Below are positions 27,704 to 38,959 of a stretch of DNA of 64,000 bases, piece by piece. Source of the DNA: Podarcis erhardii (taxonomy: Eukaryota); NCBI GenBank assembly GCA_964252035.1, contig CAXUOO010000144.1; one strand, given 5' to 3'. Both the position numbers and the translations under genes were made by a program. Each line of letters starts with the position of its first letter. Positions within the stretch are counted from its first letter, which is position 1. The notes under the pieces are model-generated. The model was not told the origin of the DNA, did not search any database, and saw only the letters and a program-made list of their open reading frames with translations.

Positions 27704-28747
27704 TTATGACGTAGTTGTTTCTCCATTGTATATCTGGGGAGAGCGCGTCGCTTCAGTTTTGATTAACCTTCGAGCTTATCAGGTATATGTTGGCTTTTTA
27801 GGCTTTCCACGTGGTGATTTAGTATGACCATATATCACTTTGTATACACAGTGGATTAGATTTGCTAAGTTTCCTACTAGGATAGACGTCTCTGTGTCTG
27901 TACACTTGACTGCTTGGTTTTGTCTTCAGTATGATGTGCACGATACAGTGATTTTGCTCTCGCAAACTTATGAACTTACTAACATATGTAGGTTAGTAAA
28001 TATATGTTTATATGTGTATGAAGACCATTTCGATCAATTTTCCGTCATTGATTTCAGTCAATGATCGACACACGATATATGCACAAATACGTGTGTATGT
28101 GTGTGGGTATATTGATTCTGCAGTATAATCCGTACAGATTCTCGTATACATGTTTGCCTTGCTTTTTTGCAGTGGGTGGGTGCAAAGCCTACGTGGGCTT
28201 TAGGGACGTTTAAATTAGTAAACAATAAAACGCCTGCCAATTCTTCTACTGACAAGCCGGTTGAGTTGATTGATGAGTCTTCACTTATTGAAGAAGATAT
28301 GGCCTACGTTCCCCTTGGAAAAGGTATTTTGTTCTTCATACACACATATATTCAAAGTGTAATTTTATCTCCATCTAAAAAGTAGAAGTAGCAAGATCTT
28401 TATATATCTCCCCCGTTCAATTCGCCTCACACTCTCGCGATATATCTTGTTTACCGACCTATCAAAATCAACTCTCTCTCTCTCTCTCTACATATATATA
28501 TGTATATATATATATATATGTTGATGCTCAGTTATTAAGTACTATTAACTTGGTTGTGTGGGTAAATTCTGGTTATTGAAAGAAGATGGCGCTCATTCGT
28601 TACTGAGTTGTTATACGTAGAGATATATATATATATACATATGTATATGCGTGTGTGTGTACGTGCAAAAAAGTAAGCGGAAATTTGTAGGGAGAGGGAG
28701 AGAGTCAGACATGTGCTGTGTCCCAGCTCAATATATGCATATATCCT

Positions 28748-28786
<39 letters not shown>

Positions 28787-30913
28787 GTGCGATTTTGTGT
28801 ATACAGATCGCTCAAGTTGCGCATCGCGTCCACGCGCTTGTGCTAATTGCACGTGCGGCCGCAAAGAACGCGAAGACTCTGAAGCTCGCAAAGAAATGCT
28901 TGAAAAAGGACAAATTCGCTCTGCTTGTGGAAGCGTTAGTATAAACATTCATGTTGCTTCTTTTTCATTGTTAGTATATGGGTGAACGCAACACTATAAG
29001 ACTACTTCTTATTTCCCTGTTATATATATATATATATATATGTAACCTTATGAGTGTATGTTCTAGTGTAAGCTACATTTTATCCTGCGTGCGGTAGATT
29101 TATTATATATATATATATATATATACATATTTATGAAGCTAGTTAGATTGATTGATAGATAGATAGATGGATAGATAAATAGATAGATAGATAAATAAGT
29201 AGATTGGTGGGTAATAATTGAGCAGATAGATAGACAGATAGATAGATAGATAAAGAGATAAATACATATATAGTTAGATAAGTAGATAGTTACATACATA
29301 CGTACGTACATACATACAGACTTAAAAACATATATACGTACAGACATAAATACATACATACATAGGTATACAACAGAGATACGTAGATTAATACATACAT
29401 GAAATACGGACATACATACATACATACATATATAAATACGTACATGCATACATACATACATACATAATACGTACATACATACATACGCTCATACATACAT
29501 ACATGCATAGAAACATGGATTCATAGATACCTAGATAGACACATACATAAGATACATATCTGTGTATATGTAACTTTGTGCGGGTTTGAGCATATGGTTG
29601 TGCAAGGGGCAGTTCGCTATAATTTGATCTCGAGTTTTCAGGTGAATTCACATTGCTGACGTTGAATATCAAATATATAAATATATGTATATATTAATAT
29701 CCGTTAGATAGTTCATCAAATTAATTTTCGTATGCTGGCGTTTATATATTGAGACTGATCTGTCTATCATGTTCTCACGCACAAGTCGCTGCATGGATAT
29801 ATTTTCTTTATACCAAATTTTTTCACAGTATCAGAATATTTCACAATATACGTATATATTTATATCTGTATCTATATATCTATCTATCTATATATATAGA
29901 TATATATATATATATATACATATATATAAATTTAATATGTACCCTTACCACCATTTGTTTTTACAATGCTATTCAGTGCTACCTGGGCGACGCTTTTCGC
30001 TGCGCAGGATGTCCTTATCGAGGTAAAGTATTTGCCTTCTTTTACTCGATGCTGAAGTCGTATATGTATGTATATATAACATATATGCTTTGTCTACAGT
30101 TATGAGTTCAATCGTGCTTTATTAATATATATATGTGGATATTTGCCTTACTCTGCATGAGAGTAGATAATTCTTCGAGTAAAATTTTCAATGAAGCCAG
30201 CTTCTGCACAGAGCCATGCACGATTTTTCTGTTTTTCGTTGTTGAATTGTAGAGTTCAAGCAATTGTGACTCACAAGTGTATACATGTATGTACGTATAT
30301 ATGTAGTGTATCCTGTGTCAATTAGTCATGTGTCGGATTTAGTTCGTCGAACGGTCTCAACAGCAACGACATTCATGACACTGAAGTAATCAATATTTTT
30401 CGAGGCTTGTATTGTTTACACGGGTTTTTCCAAATTTATAAACGCTGCGCAAAATGTAATCATTCATGTGGTTACTAAAATGTTTATATATATATATATA
30501 TATAGATGTGTAGTATAGTTTCTCTTATATAATTTTTCTTCTAGCTGTCACTACTCTTTTCACTGTACAGGCTTGCCGGCTTTCAAACAAGGCGAAAAAG
30601 TATCACTTATTGAACAAGCTCCTACAGTCGCGGTAAAGACGTATAAGTTATTTTCTAGAGTGAATTATCATATAGGTGTTCCTCTTTGTTTTTCACTACT
30701 CGGTGTCGCGGAAACGCCTTTTTATTTGTCTTCGAAGAAAAACATGGATATAGCCATCAGTAATTTTTGTTCGGTTACATATGTACTATAAAAATGTAAT
30801 TGTTTGTTGGCATTTACCTGCATACACATAGATATACATACTATACATGAATACATATATACACGCATATATCTGAAGTTCTCGCAGAGACCGAGTCTGC
30901 CGCATGATGTAAA

Positions 30914-30952
<39 letters not shown>

Positions 30953-31623
30953 TAGTAATCACACATTCAAGCATAAAATTGTGTAGCCTGAAAGTGTATT
31001 CATTGCACATTAATTATTGAAAATGCTGAAGGTGAAACACTGCACAATATATGTAGAACCACGCGCATTCTATTTTCAGGATTGACCGAGCTGTGCACAC
31101 CGCCCCACGAAGGAAACGTTCTTCTGACTGTAGTGATACATACAAGAGGTTGACTTCATCACATTATATTTCGATATATCAAGCTTGTTTGTGAATACAA
31201 AATATATATATATACATATATATAGTACGTGTCTGTGCAACGACTGTGCGTCCCTATTAATGTGTCGTCTTGAACGCACTCGTAACGCGAGTATAGAGTA
31301 TTCAGGGCTCAATATATGCGCCTGGAGAAGTAAATATAATATCAAAACTTGTGAATATATGTATAATACATCACATACAAACCAGGGGAACATTGTCGTT
31401 TCTAATTATGACCATTCAAATTGATAAAATGATGGAAACTGCTAGCTGTTTTTTTTTTGAGTCTGCGCGGCGTCCCTAAGCATTTTTTTTTCTATCATTT
31501 GTTTTTCTTATTCACTCTTCGTGGATTTTTTTGTTTTTCCAGGGAGAGGCAAATTTGGATAAACAGCGCATTACAATCAAGAATAATAAAGTTGTTTTGA
31601 CGGGCGTTGCAGATGACTTATGA
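25791..31623 (+). CDS. CIAPIN1: Anamorsin / Dre2 (cytosolic Fe-S assembly electron-transfer protein)
   Basis: Exons 25791-26189, about 26852-26965, 28173-28323, 28807-28934, 29977-30022, 30571-30632 and 31543-31623. Motifs SSCASRPRACANCTCG and SACGS|CYLGDAFRCAGCPYRG|LPAFKQGEKV, ending ..VLTGVADDL*. Exon 1 to exon 2 phase does not match, so a small exon may be hidden in the N gap. Confidence 0.95.
26293..26420. other. Assembly gap (N run)
   Basis: Run of n. Confidence 1.
27368..27650. repeat. Three-copy about 100-110-bp minisatellite with internal (TA)n
   Basis: Unit atgtagat..ta(c/t)agac(c/t)caagcagctttctctatac(t/g)gtgtactctaatgt(a/g)attcg starts near 27368, 27477 and 27577, in an anamorsin intron. 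Confidence 0.92.
29130..29515. repeat. Compound (GATA)n then (TACA)n tetranucleotide satellite
   Basis: Degenerate gatagata to about 29290, then tacataca to about 29510, in anamorsin intron 28935-29976. Confidence 0.9.
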
Positions 31624-32110
31624 TATATCAGACGTATACGTGTACATGTGTACTGCTAGTCGGACATAGTACATGACACAACTATGCGTGACAGACACAA
31701 AGCAAACTTCTGTTGCGTTGATTTATCTCCACTCGTTGTCCATTGCTCCTTTTAGAAAGTTCAAAAAGTTCATTTGACAGTTCTTTAATTCGTCACTTTT
31801 TTACTGTTACGAACGTCTGCCCAGCGGCGCTCGCATGTACAAATCAGCCTCAACCTTTATGTAGGTGATCTATAGAATGTCTTCTTCTGGACGTTCATTG
31901 GCATGTCGCTATCATGGCGCATTGATCCCGCGGCTACATAAACTCAAATACAGACGTGAATAAATAAATATATATATATATATATATATATATTCATGTG
32001 CGTCTTTGCAAGAGTTCATGTATGTTGATAAGAGTGAGAAATAGTTGATTATGACGGAGGTTGATGTATAGTTTTTGTGTTCTCCCGTGTAGTGGTTGGG
32101 ACATCTGCAT

Positions 32111-32170
32111 GCGCTGGTGTAGCGGTTGGCAAACTGCGTGCGCTGGTGTAGCGGTTGGCAAACTGCGTGC
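32111..32170. repeat. Perfect 29-bp direct tandem duplication
   Basis: GCGCTGGTGTAGCGGTTGGCAAACTGCGT at 32111-32139 and 32140-32168. Confidence 0.97.
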
Positions 32171-34123
32171 CCTGTCGCTTTTTCTCCATACCAATTGCGG
32201 CTTATTTCTTGAACTCCTTTTTGCATGAAGACCCCTACAAGATTTTTTTTTCTATATTTCTTTCCGGTATTCGCTTTGTCAGGTTCTTGTATTTTAAAAG
32301 AAAACATTTTAGGAGAGCCTAATACGATGGTTACTGAGCTCCATATATGTACATAGAGCAGCCGACTGATTCAAGTTTTGCTCTCTAACATGTGCAATTG
32401 TGCAATTGAACTACTCGAGGTCTCATCTAGTGCTTTAGCGGCACTGTTACGTAAGTAAAAGCGCAACATTTCTTTTTTGCGATGGTTTTTTAAAAGGTCT
32501 TGAAAAAATGGGCTGAACAAGGTGAGCACCTGTGCTGCATGTCATCGTAGTACTCTTGTCCCACCGCGTATATGTGTACTGAGTTCATACACTTTGTGCG
32601 TAATTTTTTATGAACCCAATTGGAACTCTACTACAGTTGCATGTTCGCATGTATATTTTCATACAAGCCATACATATATATATAATATATTTGTATATAT
32701 GTACGTATACATTTCTTCTGTACGCGTTGGTGTACATGAGAGGTTATACCGATCAAATTTTGCAAACAGTTGCTGTGCTGGAAAATGCAGAGAAAGTCGG
32801 TGAAGGTGCGCTACTTTCGCTCTTCTTGTATTACTTGTGGAAATGCGTATTTCAACAATCAAGCAAACAAGTATAAAAAAGTGTGCATTCGCTGGTGAGC
32901 TCGCGGCAGTTCATTAGTATATACTTCTGCTTCTCAAGACATCTGATATCATTTTAAAAGTTTCGCGATGGAAAACGTTGACGAAAGCGTCAGCGAAACT
33001 TTTTGCACGTATTAAGCAACCTGGAAAGCAATATGTATTTAAATTTGTAGAGGAGGTGAGGGCATGTAAATGTCAATTTGTCTAGAAGTGACTAGACCGT
33101 AGAATGATACAAAGCAGAAATACTATCTGAATGGATAGCATGGAGAGTCTTTTGCAGCACCAGTGCGCGACCAGCTTGGTGGAAGCGCTAAGTGTCTCCC
33201 GTCTGTATGCTCCACGAAGATGAGTTTCTCCCGCATGCGCAGTGACATAGATTTTCTACATCTTTACAAGTAAATAAAAAATATACCTTCATATCCATTT
33301 GCATATTCAAGTTGTACATCTGAAATACATTTACATGCGTGCATAATTTTACATCTACATCTAGATATATATATATATATATATATATTGTACAGCTTCA
33401 ATGATACGAAGGTGTCAAAAGTTCAGTAATGACGCATCTTACATCGGTTACATAAATTGAATCAAGTTTGGGTTTTCGAAGCCTCGCTGACTTCCGACAC
33501 TTTACTTTGACATTCGTGTTTTCGTTTGTTACGGAGCAGAATGATGAGCGGGGCAACGAATACGTCCATCCTAAATGTCATCTTCACCAGGCTTTGCGTC
33601 GATTGGTTGTGTCTTCATATGCTCGAGGAATGCTGAGCGCAGAAATCCAAAAATGCTAACGAGAGGAATTTTTCCTCAGTGTGTTCACTATAGAGAGGGG
33701 AGATGTGCATATACTATGTCTAGTGGGAGAATCAGCAGTCGTAGCGGTAACATGGAATGTTTACTTATTGTAATTTTGTACACGAATGTCGACGTAGTTA
33801 GAAAGAGATGTAATGCAGTATGATGGGCTTCCTGAAGAATAAGCAGTATCACGATGTCGGTAGCCTGTCACTAACTTACGCTAGCAGACAGATCCACAGG
33901 TGATGTTATTAAGGCGTGTCAAGCAGAAAGAGCATTCAATTAATTAGCTTCAACGCAAGGTAAAACAAGCATTTCTTCCTGGAGATACTTAAACATTGTC
34001 CATTGTTTCTGGTGTGACTCAACTCTCATATCATCTTTGCCTGACATCCACGTATTGGAGATACTTCGTTAGCTGGGTGCACCGTTTCTAACTGTCACTA
34101 TTATCGTCTTCAACCAGCCTTAC

Positions 34124-35293
34124 CATTGAACTGATCTCGATCAAAAAATGCCTGCATTTCTTTGAAGGTGAACTTTTCTGCTGGAAAACTGAACACTCGC
34201 ACGCATCACAGCATTACAGAACATAATTTTTTCCTGGCGAGAAGAATTGCTGCTTATACAATCATCGAAATCGAATCATCTCGTGCCAAGAAATCTTCTG
34301 CGCAGCGTTAGCTTACTGATACTTAGCTCCGTTAGTGAGTTCGACTTTCACGATTGAAGGTGCGTCGTAACTGCAGAGAATAGATAGAGTTTGAAACAAA
34401 AACTATGTATATATATATACATAATAATTCGTTTGATCCGGGGAAATTCACAGGTTCAGGAAATTGTATGTTTGCAAGGCGCAAAGAACAAGGGGGCATA
34501 AGTACCAAAGCTTGCAAACATTTTTCTTTGCTGCACTTTTCAGCCGAAATTATGCCCACCGAACATTTTCGCTACGCAAAAATTCTTTGAAGCTCTTTTA
34601 CATTTCCTTCTCGAGTGCGTAATCAAGCGAGTCTCTTTGTCACACGCACTCATACCATGCTATGAGGGATAGAAGCAGAATATATTATGTTTCCGATCGT
34701 ATGCATATCATTGTGAGATGAACAGAACGCTTTTACCCCGACAGCGTCAAGCAGCACATACTCTCCTGCATTGTCAGCTGTCAACCGTAGAGTTGTAGAG
34801 TGATGTCTGTCAGGTTACAAAGTTCCATTACATCTGGTTGATAGATTTTCCATTCGAGAGATTGACTGTGTCTTTCATTTCAGTTCGAGTTAGTCGCAAA
34901 CATACACTTTCGCCTAGATGAACGTTGTGTGACGTTTCGTGTGTATATGTGTGTGTGTGTGTGTGCACACGTGCGTGTATTTGGAAGCAGAAGCATTTAT
35001 AAAAAGAGTCTTACGTTGCACTGCGTCCACCTTCCCGCGCATGTACATTTTGGACGAGCTTTACAAATAAATAAAGCATACAGTATAGTAAAATCACCTA
35101 TTTTCTTAGCTTACCCCAAGATCTCCCAAGAAGACTGCAGAGTAGGAAACTTCTTTTTTACCGCAGCAGATTTTATGTGTTGAATGAGGTGGCGACAGAC
35201 ATCGGACCGCGGGCGCCCGGGGTGATATGAAATATGAATCGATTTAACGTATGCAAGGAAATCTAGAGGTTTGAAAAGATCGTATTTTGGCAT
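34124..35293 (-). CDS. MRPL53: Mitochondrial large-subunit ribosomal protein mL53-like, 3' end unresolved
   Basis: Exons 35293-35115 (MPKYDLFKPLDFLAYVKSIHISYHPGRPRSDVCRHLIQHIKSAAVKKKFPTLQSSWEILG), 34370-34323 (YDAPSIVKVELTNGA) and 34188-34124 (FPAEKFTFKEMQAFFDRDQFN), all in matching phase. The pattern resembles yeast Mrpl44/mL53 (..PLVKVTYKD..NMNFQELANHFDR), as recalled. Confidence 0.65.
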
Positions 35294-36142
35294 CTTTTCC
35301 TTTAGATTTCATACTACCGCTCAGTCAAAGGTTCTGTCAACCAGCAAAGCCTTGGTGGAGAAGGTGGCTTGAATTAACATTGCTTTACGATTACGTCGCA
35401 TGCGCCGGCGAGTACGAAGGGCAAAGTAACTTGACACTCTAGCACACGTTGTGTTTTTAGCAGAAATTGAAAGAACCCTGTGCACCCACTTAAATGCGCT
35501 GATACTTTGCAGAGGAAACCAGCAGTGCTAAGTACGGCTTAGAGCTAGCATAGCTTACACACGATGAATTTATTACTTTGAGTAAGGGAACACCAATGCA
35601 AACATCCATGTACACCAGCAGCACCAGAAGAAAAAAAATGTGCAAACAGAGAGAGAAAGATGATCGAAAAACGTACTGCTGCCGATATGCAGTGTTAAAC
35701 ACATCAGTATATAAATAGCTACCAGCCAGGCCACATGCCGTGTGTTTTTGGCATGCATATTTTTCCGCGTATCACAGGATTTGGAAGTTGTTCAAAAGCG
35801 GCACACATCAGTCCTTAAAAGTGTGAAAAAACCTCCGTATCATCATAATGTTAGAAGACGGGATCCTGGTCTGTACTGTGGTGGTAAACACGCAGTTGTT
35901 GTGATCACCTGCGCTTTTAAAGTGATACAATATAGCAGAAACATGCAACAGGAAATTCCTGGGGCGCTGCCTGTTCCATATACTCGTGATAAACTACTTA
36001 GCAGAGAGTGGCATATTGAAAAGTATAAATTTGGGAAGATGAATGCTTCTAGCCGAACTGACAAAAGTCGTTGCTTTTGTCCCAGTATGCGGAGCAGTCG
36101 CAGACGCGGAGTTTTCATTTCTCAAGCACCCCAAATCCTGCT

Positions 36143-38959
36143 ATGACGGAACCATCTACTGCCGTGAAGAACTGGATTGAGTAAAATATCAACTTTTCAC
36201 AAATAAGGTTTTCCGTATATCGTGCTTTTGTCTATTCATTCTATCACTCTGAGAAGATTATTAGCAGTAGCACTAGTAATTTTACTCTTTTCTGTAACTT
36301 GCACTCCTGTCGGCAAATATTGTGAAAACATTGATGAGGAAATTCTCTCGTTTCGTTTGGTAATGAATTTGCTACAGAATACAGGAATCAATAAAGTGTC
36401 GCACAATTGATACGGACGACCACCCTGACTGGGTACTTGGTAGGTGATTCAAAGACGTGTGATATTCAATAAAACATGGTATTCGCTCGTTTACAGCCTC
36501 CTGATAGATAATTGAGGCCATAGAATGGAGATGCTAACCCTCTTGGCCGCTAAAGCAACAGTCAGAGTGAGCGAAGAAAGACAGTGATATGTATTTCCGC
36601 AAACACAGCAAACCAGCCCTCGAATACTCGCGAGGAGTCTACGACAACTGAGTAATGGGTAGGCGGTGGCTGCAGAAGACACAACTGCACCTCGAAAAGT
36701 TGATTGCTTTTATTTCTGCTTAGGCAATGATCCTAATTTCAAAGACTGCACGCTGAAGTTGATAGCTGGAGCGGATGTAAGCTATAAAGGAAAAGCTGCA
36801 GTGGCGGCGTTGGTTGTATTGGAATTTCCCTCTTTGAACGTAAGCTTTTGAACAACTTCTCTCACGATTGCGCTGTAAGGAGGGCTTTGCTAAGAGAAGA
36901 GTATGAGAGCTGCCGGGGAGGGCAGTGCCGCCAGCTCGTCAGCATCGAACTTGGACACGCAGACATCGCCTTTTTTGATCTGTTCAGCAAGAACTTTTAC
37001 AGTACAATAGTTCACGATGAGTCAAAAGATACATCTCCTACTCAAAGTGAGACATTGGTGTATACGTATGTGGAGGGCTATTCTAATCGATCCTGCGCCA
37101 CGAACTGGCAGCTAGTCCGCCTGCTTTGCGCTAGTATCCTTCAACACTCGTCGGAATTGATGTATTCGTTGTAGCATGTGGTAGGTCTGATCAAGTTTAA
37201 GATATATAATCATAAGGTTTGCTCACGGATGGTTACTCCGTAGAAGAGTCTTGTACGTGATACGCTGAATGAAAGTGTTGTTTCGTAGAACGACGAAGCA
37301 CAGTTGACTTATGGATTTAAGTACTTATGTACCAGTAGGGTATACGATTTGAAAACAGTTGATGCCTGTCAAGATGTTCCATCACATATTCCAGGTTGTT
37401 ACGGCACGCGTCAAGAAAGGCAGTTCTGAAGTAGAGTATGTTCCTGGATTTTTAGCTTTTCGAGGTACGTATTTATGCTCGATTTTGGCTAAACTTATGT
37501 TATCGTTGTGTATACACCACTCAAGGAAAAAAGTGGCAAGAATTTTGTGATAGGGCGTGTCTCTGCTCACTGTGTAAGACCCACGACCCCTATTGTTCAG
37601 TAGGGTTTACACTATAACTGTTGGCGATATATATTGTGAATCGCCTGCTTAACTTCTACTCTATAACTGTTGCGATATATTTCGAAATTTGCCTGCTCAC
37701 GACGAGTCAAACACTTTCGTGTATGAAGTTGCTGTGTGTAATGCACAAAGTTGAAGCAAATGCACATTCTGTATGTGCGTTCTAGTTTTACCTCTGTTGT
37801 GGGCATCGTTTCTGTTAGAAGCGCCGCTAATACTCAAAATACTGCAAGAGCTCAAGGTACAATATGCTACAAGCAAAGGTATTCGAGTATGAGGTAGAGT
37901 TATACATTCGGATAAAATTATTGTCACTTGAGCTTGCATCACTCTTTCCCTGCCCAGAAAACTGTTTCTGGAAAGTGGATCGTCGTGTTGTAGCGTATTA
38001 TGAATAGTAGAGGCGTTGCATAAAAATATCATCTGCACAGGAAGAACGGCCAGACGTGTATCCGCAGCTGCTCCTCGTCGATGGGAACGGTATATTCCAC
38101 CCCCGGCGCTCGGGTCTCGCTTGTTACATCGGTGTAACAGCAGATTTGCCTACTTTTGGAGTTGCTAAAAAATGTCTGAAACTTGAACATTACACGCAAC
38201 GAGATATTGCGAGGCTGACAGAAAGATATCTGAATGAGTAAGAGTTGTATAAAAGCGACTGTGAGACATACAATAAATAAAGCTGTATACGGCTTCCTAT
38301 CATTTACAGCCTCAAATCTACAGAGTCAGCGCACACTATTTGAGCAAGTACTCTAAAAATAAGATGTTAAACAGTTTGCGCAGATTTCTTATGATACTTC
38401 TGTCGCGTTGATAATTTGGAAACTCCTGTCACGTTGACAATTAAGTGTCCCCACAATCTTTGTGATTGGCCTGCGTGGGTTGGCATCAACGCAGGAAAGG
38501 GTCATTTGTTTATTTGAAAACCGAAGACGCTTCAGAGACTCTAGGGGCCTTGTATCGCCCCTCTGCCATGAGCAAAAAGGGAGTAATTGTCTCAATCGGC
38601 CATCGGATTTCCCTCGAAGTTTGCATTGCTGTGATGTCCAAATTGTGCACCTATAGAAACTGTGCACCGGTACGCTCTGAAGCTTCACACATTTGACAAA
38701 GGTGTGCTTCAAGCACGGATATGTAATACAACCCGCTTTTTTACCTAAAGCATGAATCACCCTTTATGGCAAAAATGTTTTTCAATCATGTGCAGTCACT
38801 CTGCATTGCTGCTTCTTATCACTTCATAATATCATAATCCCGCTGGAAAGCTGAAAGCACTTATGCGATTTGGTGGACTGTTTTCAGATTCGCCATGCGC
38901 ATATGCTTTCGAAAGCAGAACTAGCGCTGCTAACGCAAGAGCCTTCAAAAAGGCAATAA
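36143..38959 (+). CDS. ENDOV: Endonuclease V (inosine-specific nuclease)
   Basis: Exons 36143-36180, 36378-36439, 36724-36839, 37395-37464, 37819-37856, 38041-38237, 38495-38669 and 38888-38959, all in matching phase. Motifs [19 protein letters not shown] (wedge), [36 protein letters not shown] and [10 protein letters not shown]. Confidence 0.96.

Noticed and set aside
31076-31340. Minus-strand exon-like segments
   Set aside because: They lie inside anamorsin's last intron with no continuation, and show how often chance AG/GT-bounded open segments occur.
32111-32168. tRNA-like start (GCGCTGGTGTAG) or CRISPR-like repeat
   Set aside because: No cloverleaf or T-loop; only two abutting copies with no spacer.
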